A DNA stretch of 64,000 nt, from positions 95,358,001 to 95,422,000 of the forward strand of contig CM052816.1 in assembly GCA_028534125.1 (NCBI GenBank), given 5' to 3'. Below, in pieces: positions 13,001 to 28,000 of this stretch; within the stretch, counting starts at the first letter, position 1; each line of letters opens with the position of its first letter. The stretch is from Lama glama (taxonomy: Eukaryota). A program made the translations under genes and the position numbers. Below the pieces are notes generated by a model, which did not search any database, was not told where the DNA came from, and saw nothing but the letters and a program-made list of their open reading frames with translations.

Positions 13001-16000
13001 TTAGTTTCCAGTCTGTAGAAACTTAAATCAGTTAAAATGTAGATACAGGACAGTAACCTATGGGGGGAAAAGCAGCCTCACCACCTTGTGTGTGTCTGAC
13101 AAGAAGCATTCCTACGGTTAAACGTAACTGCATTCTTTCCACTAGATGGTGGGACAGGAGTAAGAGGGAAATAGTTACTTACGCACCAATGAAATTAAAG
13201 TAGTTATATTGCCAAATTCAAGTACTAAAACTAGGTTTCCTTCTTTTCTTAACTATTTAATATTTCATGAAGAAAACATGAAAATAGAACATAAAAACCA
13301 CAAATATAAAGCTGTCCAAAGTTCAAAAACTAAGTTTTCTCAGCAATCCATTTACCACACAGCACCCAATAGTTTAACTAGACTTGTCATTTTAAGAGCT
13401 GAGATGTGAGTAGTGAACTTAAGAGCGAAGTTCTAAAGGTCAAAAATAACTGTGCAGAAATAGAAAAAAAAAAAACTTTATTTTTACCAGTTTAAGGGAA
13501 ATCACAATTCTTATCAATTAGAAAGTATTCTTTTTTTTTAATTACTTGAAATTAAATTGACTAGCTGATCCTCCTCAATCTTAGCCTGCATGGGAAAACT
13601 CAAGTATTTAATATAAATTTGATTTATAAAGTTGTATGAGTTAGTGCTATAATCAAGACACTAACTCAATATACATTTACATGCCGCTAAGACCTGAAAA
13701 TTACCTTTTGCTATAAACACTAACTGGGAGAGGAGGGACAGCTGTGTCTACCACTCTGTCACTGGCTTTGGACTCCACCTCCATTTACCCCTGAGCTCTG
13801 CAGAAGATGATAAGCCACTAAATTCATCCGTAGCGTCTTACTTGTTAGATGAAGAAATGCTATTTAGCTAAAATTTACAGATTTACAGATTTATAATTAC
13901 TAGGTGACAAAGGGAACAGTCTGGCTTCATAACGGTCTCTAGCAACAACACGCAGTGTATTGAAAAGATAATTACATAATGAGGCAAACATAATTAACAT
14001 CAAAACACTGGTTTGAAAAAATGACTTAAGCCACAGAGAAGACTTTTTGAGAACCCATACTGCAATAAGACAATGTCCATAAAAAACTGAGTGACCATGA
14101 ATACTCTACTTCCAAAAATGAATCATAAATTGTATCTTGACTCTGTCCCCCTCTGCTCCAATGCAAATGAGTCCAATGAGATGGAGAGCCCTACACAGAA
14201 CAACACCCCATAGTCAATAAAGAAATGAGGGGAAAACTACTTCAAATTTATATTTGATTAAAGATCACATCTCAGCAAGATACACCTTTTAAAACAAAGC
14301 ATCTTTTCATGATGTCATTAGCAGAGAGCTAGCATAAGCTCATACCTGGTAGAGTAAGGCAGATGAGGCTGGCGATCAGTAAGGTTATACACATGAAGAC
14401 AATCAACAAAAATATCTGCAAGGCAAAACATAAGAGTCATAAACAGTGTTCACATGTGCTCAGTGCATTTCATGACACCCCTCAAAGGATCAACACTATC
14501 CTCCCAGTAAAAAGAAACTGCCTCTATTTGAAATCCTTCCATTTTACACAAAAAGGAAATTTTTATTGTAGGTAAAATTACCCGTAATTTTGGTCAAAAG
14601 AAAATTAAGTGTCCACTTCCATATAATCGATGCATCAGCAAGTAACAAATATATTTTAAATCAGAGAACACAACAATAAAACATAATCAGCTTAAATTTT
14701 CCCTCATTATTTATTAAAACTAAAAATATTCACTTTTTAAATCAAATTCACAAAATTAACTTCTCACAAAATGAGGACTTATTTTCTAGCAGTACTGTCC
14801 GATTAGAACTTTCTGTGATGTCTACACCCACACCGCCTGACACAGGAGCCACCTGCACATGCGGCCACTGAGCACTTAACATGGGGTCAGTGTGTATGAG
14901 TAAAGGAATGTTAAACTGTATTTACTTTGAATGTGTGTTGTCTACCAGGAACGTACTTTTTCTTTTTTCGGCTTTACTGAGGTATATAAAATTGTATATA
15001 GACTTAAAAATATAAATTGTAATATACTTAAAGTGTATCATATGATCTGATACACACAGACACTATGAAGGGATTCCCACCACTGAGGTAATCAACACAT
15101 CACTCCACACCGTTATAAACTGTGTTTATTTTTAATTAAGTTTACATGTAAACAGCTACATGCAGCTGTAGCTGGTGGCTCCAATATTGAGAACTGCAGA
15201 TAAAAAGGAAACACACAGAGACAAGAGAGAAGCAGCTACCCTGGACAGAAAGGCAGAGACTGCTGCCTGCCTCTACCTGAACAAACCCCAGAGAGCCGAG
15301 CTCCAGCAGGAAGACTGAAAAGGACAGATGGCAGCACTCCAAGAGGGGCCTAGAGCCTTCGCCAGCTTTCCCTGCCCAAGAAACCCCTTAGTGATTTTCT
15401 CTCTAACCTGGACCAGAAAGTACCTTTTGCTTAGAAAATAACCTTTGCTGATCCAAAAGCCTCATCTCTCAGAGTTCCCCTCATCTCTGACGGCCCCCTC
15501 CCCATCTCTCTCAGCTTGCCTGCGTATCCCGCCCCTCTGGACACATTCACTCCCCTGCAATTCCACCCCTATGTCTAACCCGCCTCGGTCCTGACACAGG
15601 CCTGGAATGCCCTTCCCACTTTCCTTTCTTAAAAATCTGCCTGACCTCTTAACTTTAAAGACTTAAAGTTAACAACTCCTCCATGAAGATTCCTAAATGA
15701 CTTTGAAAAAAATGTTTTGTAGGGCAAGGAGTGACCAATCATACTATGTGCTATTAATATAGCAAGTGAGGTGAGGACCAAGACCTGACCATCGAATTTG
15801 ATACCATGAAGGTCACTGGTGACCCTTGACAGGAACAGTTCCGGAGGAGTCTGGGGGGAAAGTCTTACTGAGGCAGGTACTTCCTTAATCAATCTGGTCT
15901 TCAGTTTTATCAGATGGAAACAAGAGATCAGTGCTCATATCTTGCAGTACTGGGATTAACACTATAAGGATTGAAGAGAGAAAAGCACTAAAAAGCCCAT

Positions 16001-19000
16001 TCAAGTTCCTGACACAGTTGAAATGAATGAAGAATGTTAGTATCTCATTTGATCTAGGGTCTTCCATGTTGCTCCTTTCAAACAGCAGAGAGCTACAGCA
16101 TATGGAATCCCAACTCCATGGCCCACCTCTAAAATCTGATAAACTTATCTGACATTTACAGAGTCTATGCTGCATAATAAGAGGACTGAAAACTGGGTTC
16201 TTATCAGCACTATGAGGTATGTCTCAAAGAGAACTACATACCAACAGCACCAGTAACAGCAGCAAAACTTCTCAGCAGAAATCTGACTCGACTTCTGGTA
16301 AGTCTGTACAGTACCTACCCTGAGTGGAAAATGTAAAGGCCGGCGGTAAGGCTGAAAGCCGACAGGCCCGCCCTGCTGGAGTATGGCTTGGTGGGCTGCG
16401 TGCAGGCCTTCCCCCACCACGGGAATTGCGTTGTTATTTCGAGCATGCTGGTTGTTGTTAACTTGTTGGTTCGCACTGTTCTCATTTTCTTCCTGGTCTC
16501 CCAACAAATAGGAATGAAGATCCCTGCGTAAAAATTGCATCAGTGAAAATTCTCACCTCAGATCAGAATAAAGCAGCAGATATCAGACTTACTTTCTTGG
16601 TAATTATTACTTAGGGTAGAAGATGTCCAAGTAGAATCCATATACAGCACCACTACCTCGATCTACTCTAAATGCTGGTGCTTGCTTTTAATAAAATCTT
16701 CCCAAATTTAATGGTAATTAACATTCAGAATACCCCTCAATTTTATGTTTTCTTCAGCCAATATCTGAGAAGAAATCAAAAACTGAAAAAAAAAATGTAC
16801 AAGATACTCTATGTGAAGAATTTTAGGGGGAAAATATTCCTTCTCTTTTCTGTAGATGACCGCTGTGTCTGCTGTGACATGCAGCTCAACCAACACATCC
16901 AAGCCACAAATCAGTTGAAGCAAAAATGAGACGGGGAAGAAGGTGGCTCATGGTAGGGCACAGGGTGGTCAGAGAAGGCTAAGTGCTCAATCAAGCACAA
17001 CCAGATGCATACAGGCATCTCTCAGAGATACTGTGGGCTCAGTTCCAGATCACTGCAATAAAGCAAATATTGTAGTAAAATGATCACTTTTTTGGTTCCC
17101 GAGTGCATATAAAAGTTATGTTTACACTATACTGTAATCTATTAAGTGTGCAATAGCATTATGTGTTAAAAAAAATGTACGCGCCTTAATTTAAACAGAC
17201 TTTATTGTTAAAAAATGCAAATCATTATCTGACAATGCAGGGTTACCACAAACCTTCAATTTATAAAAAAATGCAGTATCTGTGAAGCAAAATGAAACAA
17301 AGTATGCCTGTACTTCACATTAAGGAATCTGCAAGATGTCACGTATTTTCTGAAAAAAATGTTTAAACTACCAAGATTCAACTTCTAAATAAACATGGAA
17401 TATATAAAGCCTGAAAAAAATAAATGCAACATGCTGGCTAAGTGACTAGGAAACCAAATCTGAGAAGAGCTCTTTTACCAGGTCAGGACTTCTAAAATAA
17501 AGGTAACTTGGCTTGTTTTTAACGCACTAAAAAGTATTTTATTTTTACCTTGTGTAATGAAGTGAAAGAACCTAGGCCAGCAGCAAACCCTCTATAGAAA
17601 GGTAAACATGCATATATTCTCCATAAAAGGATACAAAAGAATTTAAAAAATTAGAAAAGTTTAAAGCTTTTATAAATGAGTATTATACATACCTGTAGAT
17701 ATTAAACTCTCCTATTAAAATTAACTTTTTCTGGCAGGGCATGGGACACACTTTTTCAGGAAAGTTATTAAACTGACACATACGCCACGCCTACAAGTCA
17801 TCTGCCTGTACTTACAGCAAGTATCCAGCAGTGACAGTCCACGCTCGCACAAGCCCCTTCAGCCACTGCCGCGTGTGTCCCTGTTCAAGTAATGCTGGTA
17901 AGACCACCTGAAGGAGAAGCAGCTCAAGGGACAGTTCACTCACTGGAGCATCACTGAAACAATTACAAAAAGCCGTAATTCACAGCATGAATTCAATTTT
18001 CCATTATAATTGTTATCATATTAACTAAACACCCAATGGAATGACAGCAAAACTCCTTAAAGAGTGGAATGAACTCACTGTCTTCATCACCTCACGTCCA
18101 ATCTCTCCTGAAGCTAGCAAGGCTTCCTTCTCAACCACCACCCGAACTGTTCCCAAAAAGGGTTGCCACGACCTTCATGTTGTTTAAATCCAAAAGTTAG
18201 GTCTTGGTCTTCACCTAACTTGCTATATTACACAACTGGTCACTCCTTGCTCCTCAAAACACTTTCTTCTTGAACACCTTTCCAAGACCTGCTGGTTCCT
18301 CTTCAAGTCCCCGCCTGACCTGGAAACAATAAAGGGTTCATGTTCTGTCCTCTCTCCCTATTATCTACATGTGCCCTCTGGATGAATGCATCCTCCTGTG
18401 GCTTAAAACAGCACCTTTCTGTAAATTTCTGTGTACTATTCAGACACCTTTCCTAGTTCCTAACTTATATATCCAAAACGCCAACTCAATGTTTCATGCA
18501 GAAATGAGACATCTTAAATTGGTCATGTTCAATATCAAATTCCCACTCTTCCCCTTAAATCCTGCTCCTCCACAAAACTCATCTTAGTAAATGGCAACTC
18601 CATCCTTCCAGGTGCTCAAGACAGAAGCTTAGATCCTTGACTACCTTTTTTCACCCCATATTCAAACAGCCAGAGAACCCTAGTGACTACCCTAACAATA
18701 CCCTAATCTAACCACTTCTCATTACCTCCACTACTACTTCCTTCATCTCAGCCACCCTCACCTCCCACCAGGATGGTTGCGTTATCCTCCCAGCTGGTGT
18801 CCTGCTTCTGCCCTGGCCATCCTAACCTAGTCTCTTCTCATCACAGCACCTGGAGCGATCTCTGTTAAACCTAGGTCAAATCACTCCTCTGCACTAACCT
18901 TCCCAAGATCCTCCTACATCATTCAAGTTAAAGCCAAAGTGCTTACAATGGCTCCCAAAGTTCTCTAGGACCTGGCTTTCCATGACCTCTCCAACCTCAC

Positions 19001-22000
19001 AGCCAACTACTTCCTTCCTCCTTCTACTGCAGCCAAACTGGCCTCCCTGCTGCTCTTCAAACTGACCTTGATGCCCAACCCCCTGCAAGGAAGCTCTCCC
19101 TTCAGGGATCCACATGGTTCACTCCCTCATCACCTCCTTCAGGGCCTTTCTCAACTGTCACCTCCTCAGGTCCTCACCAGTCACTTTTTTGTTTCATTTT
19201 TCCCCACAGCACTTATGACCCTTTGACATACTATATATTTTATGTTTTATTGGTTGTCTCCCCTACTGAAATATAAGCACAAGTGCAGAGATTTTTTCTT
19301 GCTTCTGCTCTGTTCATCGTTATATCCCTAGTACAGAGAAAAGTGCCTGGTAGATAACGGGCCCTCAGTTTTGCTCAATGAAAGAACGGATGAAACATTG
19401 CTATACTTTGCTAGACTCCTAGGTATAACTGACTACCAAAATGGGTCTATTTCAACAACAAATAAAGCCGGAAACTATGCTTCCTGGTTCTATGACGACC
19501 CAAATACATAAGGAAGGAGGAATGACTTACTCTAGTTAAGGAAAAATTCAAAGAATAAAACCTCAGTTTGGATTTTGAGGAAAGGCAGCAAAGCATGCCA
19601 GGCAAACAAGGGAAGACGGTCATTCCAAACAAAGAGGGAAAGCCCAGGAACAGCCAGGCATTTACGGGGAGCCTCAGTGGAAGCTGAGCATGGCTGGAGA
19701 GCAGAACTCAAAGTCTGACAACGCAAGATAAGGAGCTCGGAAGGCAGCGTGAGACTATGCCAGCCTTGTGTATCATTCTAGATGACCCAGTATTACCGTG
19801 TACATTATGAAGGAAGAGACAGGTGTGTTAAGGATGGATCATAAATAAAGAACAAGAGGAAGGCCTAAACTAAGTTATTAAGTAGTAAATCAAGTTGGAA
19901 TAGATAAAGAGATCATAAAGAATTACAACTGACAAGATTTAAAGACTAATTACAAGTAAATTTGAGGAAGAAATCTAATTCTCCGGTATATTTGGTGACT
20001 GAAGGGATGATGCAAATCTCTGAAAAAGGGAGAATGGGAGGAGTGAAAGAGACTGTTTCCAAGTGATGTGAGATTTAAATTAAAAAAAAAGACTGTCCAT
20101 TTATAAGCCTTACATCCTAATCTTAATCTATAACTAAATGCATAACTACGGCTGCATTACTAATGATGTGCTTCTCATTTAAAGATGACGCGACCAACAC
20201 ACTCTTATTAGGTACGTTAAACATTTCAATGCTAATAAGCAAGGGCACACTTTGTTTGCAAAAAATAAATCTTCCTTTGGAAAATAAAACTGCTAAACTA
20301 ATGTTTATGTGATTCAGAACATAGCAAAATTTAGTTATCAGATGATTTCTAATATCTGTAAGAAATGAATGTTTTAAATGTATGTGCTCTGAATACCAAA
20401 TCCGTAACAGAGTTAAATTGGTAAAGCTTTTGAATTTTAAAAACTTACCTATAAAGCATGACATTGTATGGAAGAAAATTAGGCAGCAGACTCTTAATTA
20501 TCCGTATAGGTAGCCAAAGCATCAGCAGGACAATGGAGCCAAAGACGATCTGCAGTAAGAAAATGGGCATGGCATCACTATAAATCACTCCCATGAGACA
20601 GGCTGACTTCCCAACACACTTGATACACAATCCATATCTATATGCACCCAGGCACCAAGGGTCCTCACCCAACACTGTACTTGGGTCACTCTATGTAAAG
20701 ACGGCATTTCTGGGACACTGCTGCTCCCCCTCTCTCTCAAAGGACAGAAGGGCTCAAAGAGGAGCCACAAAGGATAATCACTGCATGGTATGTGAGGAGA
20801 GAGTTAGAAACTCACAATGAAGGATCAGAATTATCTGCAATGCAATAAACCACCTGTAACAAGTATAAGACATGAGCCATATTAATGGCTACAAAAGCTT
20901 CTAAAGGGCACACAATACTGCTTTTAGAATTTTATTTTGGAAAAACTTAGATTTAACTAGGCAATTTCGTCTTCCAGGCAGGGAAGAAACTTTGAGATGC
21001 TTCTGTTAAGAGTTTAATTTAAAAGCTATTAACAGGTTTCCACTGCTTCAATGTAAATTAAAGGTAATTCAGAAACCCGTAATTTGACAATCAATTATAC
21101 TAGTAAAGAACCAGAAGGCATTTTTGGTTACTAACATTTTTTTTAAATCAAAGTAACCAATTAAAACAGCTACTTGATAACCAACTTCCAAAGGTTTAGA
21201 TAAACCTAAATTATTCAGTCCACACTACCAGTGCCCAAGACTGAAAAAAAAAAAAAAACGAAAAATCGTTTTACTTCAAAAACAATAAAAGTTATGCTTA
21301 CCACTGACAAAATGAATCTTCGGAGATGCCTGTAAATAGGCAAGTGAATCATTTCTTGTACTGGATTAAAATCTGGATCATTCAAATTCCTTAGAAACCA
21401 CAAGACACCAGGTCGAAGTACCTGCAAATATATTTTAAATGCTATAAATACTCACCAATGTCTTCAGGCTGTGTATATGAGCTAAAACATTAACAGAAAA
21501 ATAAGCTCTTAAAATTATTACGGCATCTTATAAAATGGGCCCTACAAAATTCACATAGCATTCCTGGGAAAAGAAGTTCCTAACCAGAACTTTATGAATC
21601 AGAATCTTTATGAAAATATCCCATGTTTGATGTCCATTAATGTTTTTAATCACTCAAAGAAAAAAAATTTAAGTATATAATCTATCAAGAAATCTAGATC
21701 TCCAAGATGAAAAACAAATATTTTTATAAAAATTATCTCTATATATTGTACGATCTGGAAAGGATTAGGCTGCAATTTATAAATGTCCTAAGCAGAAGAT
21801 GTGATTTCACTCTCAAACTTCCCAAGAAGGGTTATCTTAATTAAGAAACCCTTCAGCTTCTCAGTATCTTCATTTTACTACCTACTTCTTTTTCTCGTCG
21901 CTCAGGAGAAATCATCAACCCTAGAGGCTGTGGGTAATGGGGCAATGAATGAGTCTGGGGATTATTCTGGGCGGTCCAAACTCACTGAGTTGCCCTGTGT

Positions 22001-25000
22001 AAAGCATCTCATCTGCCCGAACTCTCTCACTCCATCTTCCAAACAAAGGGGTTATACAATACATGACCTCTAAGGTTCCACCTAACTCCAAAATGTCAGG
22101 ATTCTGTTATCAACAAAAACACACTACACTATAAAACGAAAAAATTCAGTATAAAATGTTATCACTGAACAATGTAATTTAGTGGTCATATATAATTATA
22201 ATTTAAAAACAGATTAATTTAGTCTTAATCACTAGTTTCAAAACACGGTTTGCAAACTTTATTTGCAAGTAGAACTTACTGAATTTACACTATATGATTC
22301 AAGAGAACATTCTGGCCCCCAGCCCCATCTCCAACCCCTCAAATCTCCCGAACAGCAAAGTTCACCAAGAACAGCATTGAGCCTTTGTGCTTCTGTATTC
22401 TGTCCACACTGGACTCGCGTCGGCCCACTCCTTTAGGCCCTGCACGGTTCCATTACCACTCTCAGGAGTAAGCAGACCTGTCCTATGGCTGCAATTCTTT
22501 CCCAGGATGTAAAATCAAGGAGAATGAGAACTGTATCTTTGTTTCCCACTGTCACCTCAGCATACAGCACAGTGTCTGCCACGGAGTGAGCATGCAGTAA
22601 TATTTAAGGAAAGAATGCACACCAGCAAGTACACTTAGCAGAATTACTCAAGTTTTATACTTGCTTTTGCACCAGAATGAGTAAGCATGAGATGTATACT
22701 AGTCAAATACTGACCCTGCTTTCACTGTCTTCAAATCAGTAAGGACTCTATTCTGAAAACAGGATTAGCACAAGTACCCATCTGGCAAGTGAACCAGAGT
22801 CATAAAGGCCCCTCACTATAATTCTACACTCCTAAGCGCCTGCTTCAAGACCATCTTACATATTTAATCTTGCAAAACCCTACCCTTTGGGTATTTCCAG
22901 CATTAAATGTTCTTCAAGTCCAAGACAGGCTTACACCACATAAAATTCCAAGAATATGTATTTGAGGATGGTTCTGATATATACCAAGTAAAACAAGAGC
23001 TTTTAATCTTTTCCCTCCATCTACTCATCTTTTGAACTCATAACAGAATAAAACTTGTCAATTTTTGAGACAAATGCCTAAAAACTATTTAAAGCAATTG
23101 AGCCAAACTAGTCAATACCTGTTCCTTCTTAGAATAAAATAACAGAAAAAATGATTTAGTTAGGAAATCATCACAGCCTTTAAGGCATGACTTGTGGTTA
23201 AAACAAAAGTCCTTTTTATAAACGTATAGTGTTGACACTTCCCTATAGAACTCACCTCTCTCAGTAACAGAATGAAGGAGGCGAAGTAGAACACATACAC
23301 CATCCCCACCAGCCAATGCAGAAACATGGTAGTGCCTGGAGCTGACTGAAAGCTCAATTCTCGATCTTTCAGAGTAGCATCAAACATTTCCTAAATCAGA
23401 ACAGGTGAGAGAGGTCTGTACCACTTACATCTGTCGAATTAACATCTTCTAGGAAGTGAGTAAATCACTATGCATGTAGGTTCTGATATTTCTAGGACTA
23501 CAATTCTCTTAAAGCCATTTCATGATATCTCAGAAATACAAATGATATAAGGTTGGATACTATTTCAAAGATGTACATGACACTTTAAAAATTTTAAAGA
23601 GGCAAGACTGATAAAGCAATTGGTGAATAAGAACTTTACCAATATTGCTATTGTGAAAAGAACCATTTTTGGTTAATACATTCTCTTCTTGGTTACAGGT
23701 CTGAATTCATGACAAGTTTTATAGTAAAGTATGGAAGAAAATGCTCTCTCAGAACCAAAAGCAGCTTTCCTACATTTAAATTTTTTGAAAAGTCAAAAAC
23801 TGATTATCACTGACAGTCATTAAAGATTTTACTCAAGACTGATCATCTTAGTTAAAACAAATGGTGAGGGTTGAATTTATTACTACAAAGGCAGCCTTTC
23901 TACCAGATTATTCTTTTTACGTATATACTGTCTTGGCATCTTCAGAAAATTTAGAAGAACAAATGAGTAAGAAAATTCTCCACTGGTTATTAGAAAGGTT
24001 TCAGTCAAAAATACTCTGACATCAAAAATGTTCACAAAGCCTCAAAAAAATCAAGTGCTTAAGAAAAATTAGCAATATTAAGACTCTACAATGATACACT
24101 CAAAAAAAAAAAAACCAAATTATTATCAAGTACTGACTTTCCATTAAAAGGAACCCATCCCAAAGCCCACTTTTTTTAAGCTTTAAAATTATTAGATTGC
24201 ATGATAATGAATAATAAACTCACCAGGGAACAGATATCCAGCCACCAGCCACAAATGAGAGGGAACACTCCAATTTCTACCACCACTAACAAAGAAACCT
24301 TCAAGTAAAAATAAAGGTCATCAATATCACCCAAATGGGGAGAAATCGTTTCCAGTTTTAACTCATAATAGGAATTACCTTAACGACAATATAGCAGACT
24401 CCGAGCAAGCGACGAGACCTATGAAATTTAACAAGAGTGGCCAAGCCCTACAGCATCTAGTCAAGGAAAAACTGAGCATTTAAAGAAAGATACAATGAAA
24501 CAGGTGACTATTTAGGCAACACTTAATATGATCTGACAGACAGAATTAATTTATTCCATATTTTTTCTGCTGTCATCCTCACTATAAATATCTACAACTT
24601 TTACTAAAAGGATAAGTGGAGAAAAACAGTTTTGTCATTAACAGGAACAACTCTTGGGTATGAACAATAACATTACTGATCACCAAGCTGGTTCACTAAA
24701 GGATACATGACAAATTATCAATGTTATTGCTAAAAGTATATACCCAACTATGGTTGTGATTAGGCCTTCAAAATGAGATGCCTGGACCTAGAAATAGGAA
24801 AAAGAAAAAGAAATTTAATTTTACCACATGGCCTATACCCCAGTTTAACAATATTTATCAAACAATCCAAACAGACTAAAAGTGAACTATCTAGGGAATT
24901 TATAACTAAAAAACAACCAAATAAATCCCCTCTGGATGACATCTCTACAAACCAGGACCTCCCACTGCCTACTACATATTACAAAAAGATGAGGGAAAAT

Positions 25001-28000
25001 TTTAAAATAACATTTACTCAAGAAGAAAAAATAAGAGTAGAATGAATTAAATTTTACAAAAATAAGGGAAAAGCTGTAATAGTCTGCACTCTATTCTATT
25101 CTGAAGTGGACTTGCTAAAAACTGAGCGCTGAAAGCAGTTGCAAACTGCCCACGCGGTCCAGCGGCCAGATGCATCCTAGCCACCCTATCACCCACCACC
25201 ATGTTTCAGTTTCCCCTGTTCTCCAAATGTGTTCCATTCCCAACTTACAGAAAGTAAGAATTTAAATAGCGACAAATACTCCCTAACTTTTTGGTTCCTG
25301 AATTTCAAATTGTAAGTGCTGAGAGTCTAGAAAGTCAAAATTTATCAAAGAATTTATCTGAGCCTTTCAAGTTCTTGCATTCAACCAGTGAGAATTCGGA
25401 GAGTTGTATTAAACATTTGAATGTGTCTCTTTGGCATTTCAGAATACTTCAGAATGTGATCATGTGATCTCCCAGGATTCACACGTACAAATTGACCAGA
25501 ATATTTCAGATGTCAGCTTGTCTTAAAAGACTAAATACTTCTGGAGACCCCCCCAAAATAGTAGTAGTTGTCCATCCAAATACTTAACTACCTCAGAAAG
25601 ACAACAAAATGTCAAAATTAAAGCAAATTCTTTAGAAAATACCACAGCCCATCATTCCAACACAGATCAACATTTCTAAAAATCGATTCATATATCACTA
25701 CTTTCCAAAATTCACTATGGGACAACTAGGGAAAAGGGAAAGGAGCACCCAAGCTATTAGAACAGGTCAAAAACCAGCCTATAAGAGTGGAATTGCTGGG
25801 CCATATGGTGGTTCTATTTTAGGTTTTTGAGAAACCTCCATATTGTTTTCCATAGTGGCCGCACCAATTTACATTTCCATGAACAGTGTATAATGGTTCC
25901 CTTTTCTCCATATCCTTGCCAACATTTGTTATTTGTGTTCTTTTTGATGATGGCCATTCTGACATGTGTGAGATGATATCTCACTGCGATTTTGATTTGC
26001 ATTTTCCTGATATTAGTGATGTTGAGCAACTTTTCATGTTCCTGTTGGCCCTTTGCATTTCCTCTTTTGGAAAAATGACTGTTCAGTTCTTTTGCCCATA
26101 TTTTAAATGGCTTGGTTGGTAGGTTGCTTACTTTTTAACTTAAGTACAGTTGATTAAAAAAAAAATCAGCTTGTAAGAAAACTTTCCCATAATATGTCTC
26201 TGGCCTGCCCAACAGTAAGGAAGGCAGTGCGTCATGAGATTCAGGGCATCTTCCTTAGCCGGCAACGTCTCCTACTACATCTTGAGCCATTTTTAGTTTA
26301 AAAGAAATGAGCAAAATGGCATAGACAACTATTCTTTTATATAAGACAGGCTGAAAAATGAAGTAACTCTTTACAACATTATAACTTACTCAACAAATAT
26401 CAAATTTGGGGAAATCAATGTAATTAAGTTTGTAAAGATATTATACTCACATGTTCTTCAAATCCCAAACCAACAAGGGAGAAATGACCAATGTGGTAAG
26501 GGCAAAATGCTAAAAGGGGAGGAAAAAAACTCAATGAAAAGTTCAAAATCAAAACAGTAAACACTCCTACTACCCACCCCACTAAAAAGAATAAAGGCTT
26601 CTTGGAGAAATGGAGAATTTTAGAACTGACACCAAAAATATACCTATCACCTATGATACTCTCTATAACCAGAGAACAAAAAAGTTACCAACCTCTAATA
26701 AGTTCATGGTGAAAGGACACAAGAACCATTGTGAAAAAGGCCTCACAGTCAGAGAAGAAGATACGAGCATTAAAAAAAAAATGACCAAAACTCATGGAAA
26801 CACACTGAATACATGCAAATCCATCAGTTCATAATACACAAAAAAAAAGAGAAAGCCAAAAAAAAAAAAAAACACAAAAGGAAAAAAAGCAACATAACAG
26901 AAACTACTTTTATTACCAAAGGAAGTAGTCAGCATATCAATTCCTTACCCTGAAAACTAGTAATTAAAGGAAAAGAACTATACATCTGCCCTGCTTCTTC
27001 TGAACAAACAAATGCAGGTTAACTAAATAGTTCTAGAACAAGCTCTTTTTTATAGAAAAGCCAGCCAATAACTGTTTAAAAAGAAATGATGGAATCTGAA
27101 AATCACCATTTTGCAATGCCTAATAAACAATAAATTACTTCAGGCAAGTATCAAGGGATAATAAAATGATTCAGTAAAAGGCTGATGGAGCACTAGGTAT
27201 TCGCACAATACTAAAATATCACCTCCCACAGATTACTTTCTGACAGTTAACGGAAAAATGAAATCTAACAACAGAAGCTTCAAGATACCATCACCTGAAG
27301 CACAGATAAAGCTGGATTAACCAGGTTTCTTCCACTTCTTCATATGTCATATTAATAGGCAAAGCATGACCAGTGAAGGTTCTGTCCCAGAAGCACTGCA
27401 CCTGAATCTAATCAGGCCCTCAGATGTAACTTCCAGTTTAAAGGAAATATGGAGATAAAGGAGCGAGGGAGCGGACATCATCAGGAAGTATTCAGACAAA
27501 CACAGAAGTGAGGTACTTAGGAGACAGCTGACCTAGTCTCTTAGACAAATCAATGGCAAAATAGGGTGGGGACAAATGAGGGGAGCAAACAGAAGACTAC
27601 TCTAGATCAACGAGAACTTAAGACTTAATAACCAAAAGTAACAGTAAACTGCTGATGTAAGATGTCTCAAGGATGCACTGTATGTATGACACGGGGAATA
27701 GAGCCAGTATTCCGTAACAACTGTAAATGGACAGTAACCTTTAAAAATTGTACAAAAATTTTTAATTACTATAGCTTAAAAAAATTTCAGTATCTGGGCA
27801 ATGCAAGCCTCCCTCAGTACACTTTCCTCAAAATCTTTTTGACTGTTCTCTCCTATGTTTTAAAAACAGATGGACTTTAGTGTAATTTAATAAATTTTTG
27901 TCCAAAACTTAAAAAAAAAAAAGTTATGCAAAGACCTTATCTGAATCCTCATTCAAACAAAGCAACTATAAAATGACATTTAAGGAGACAATCTAGAATT

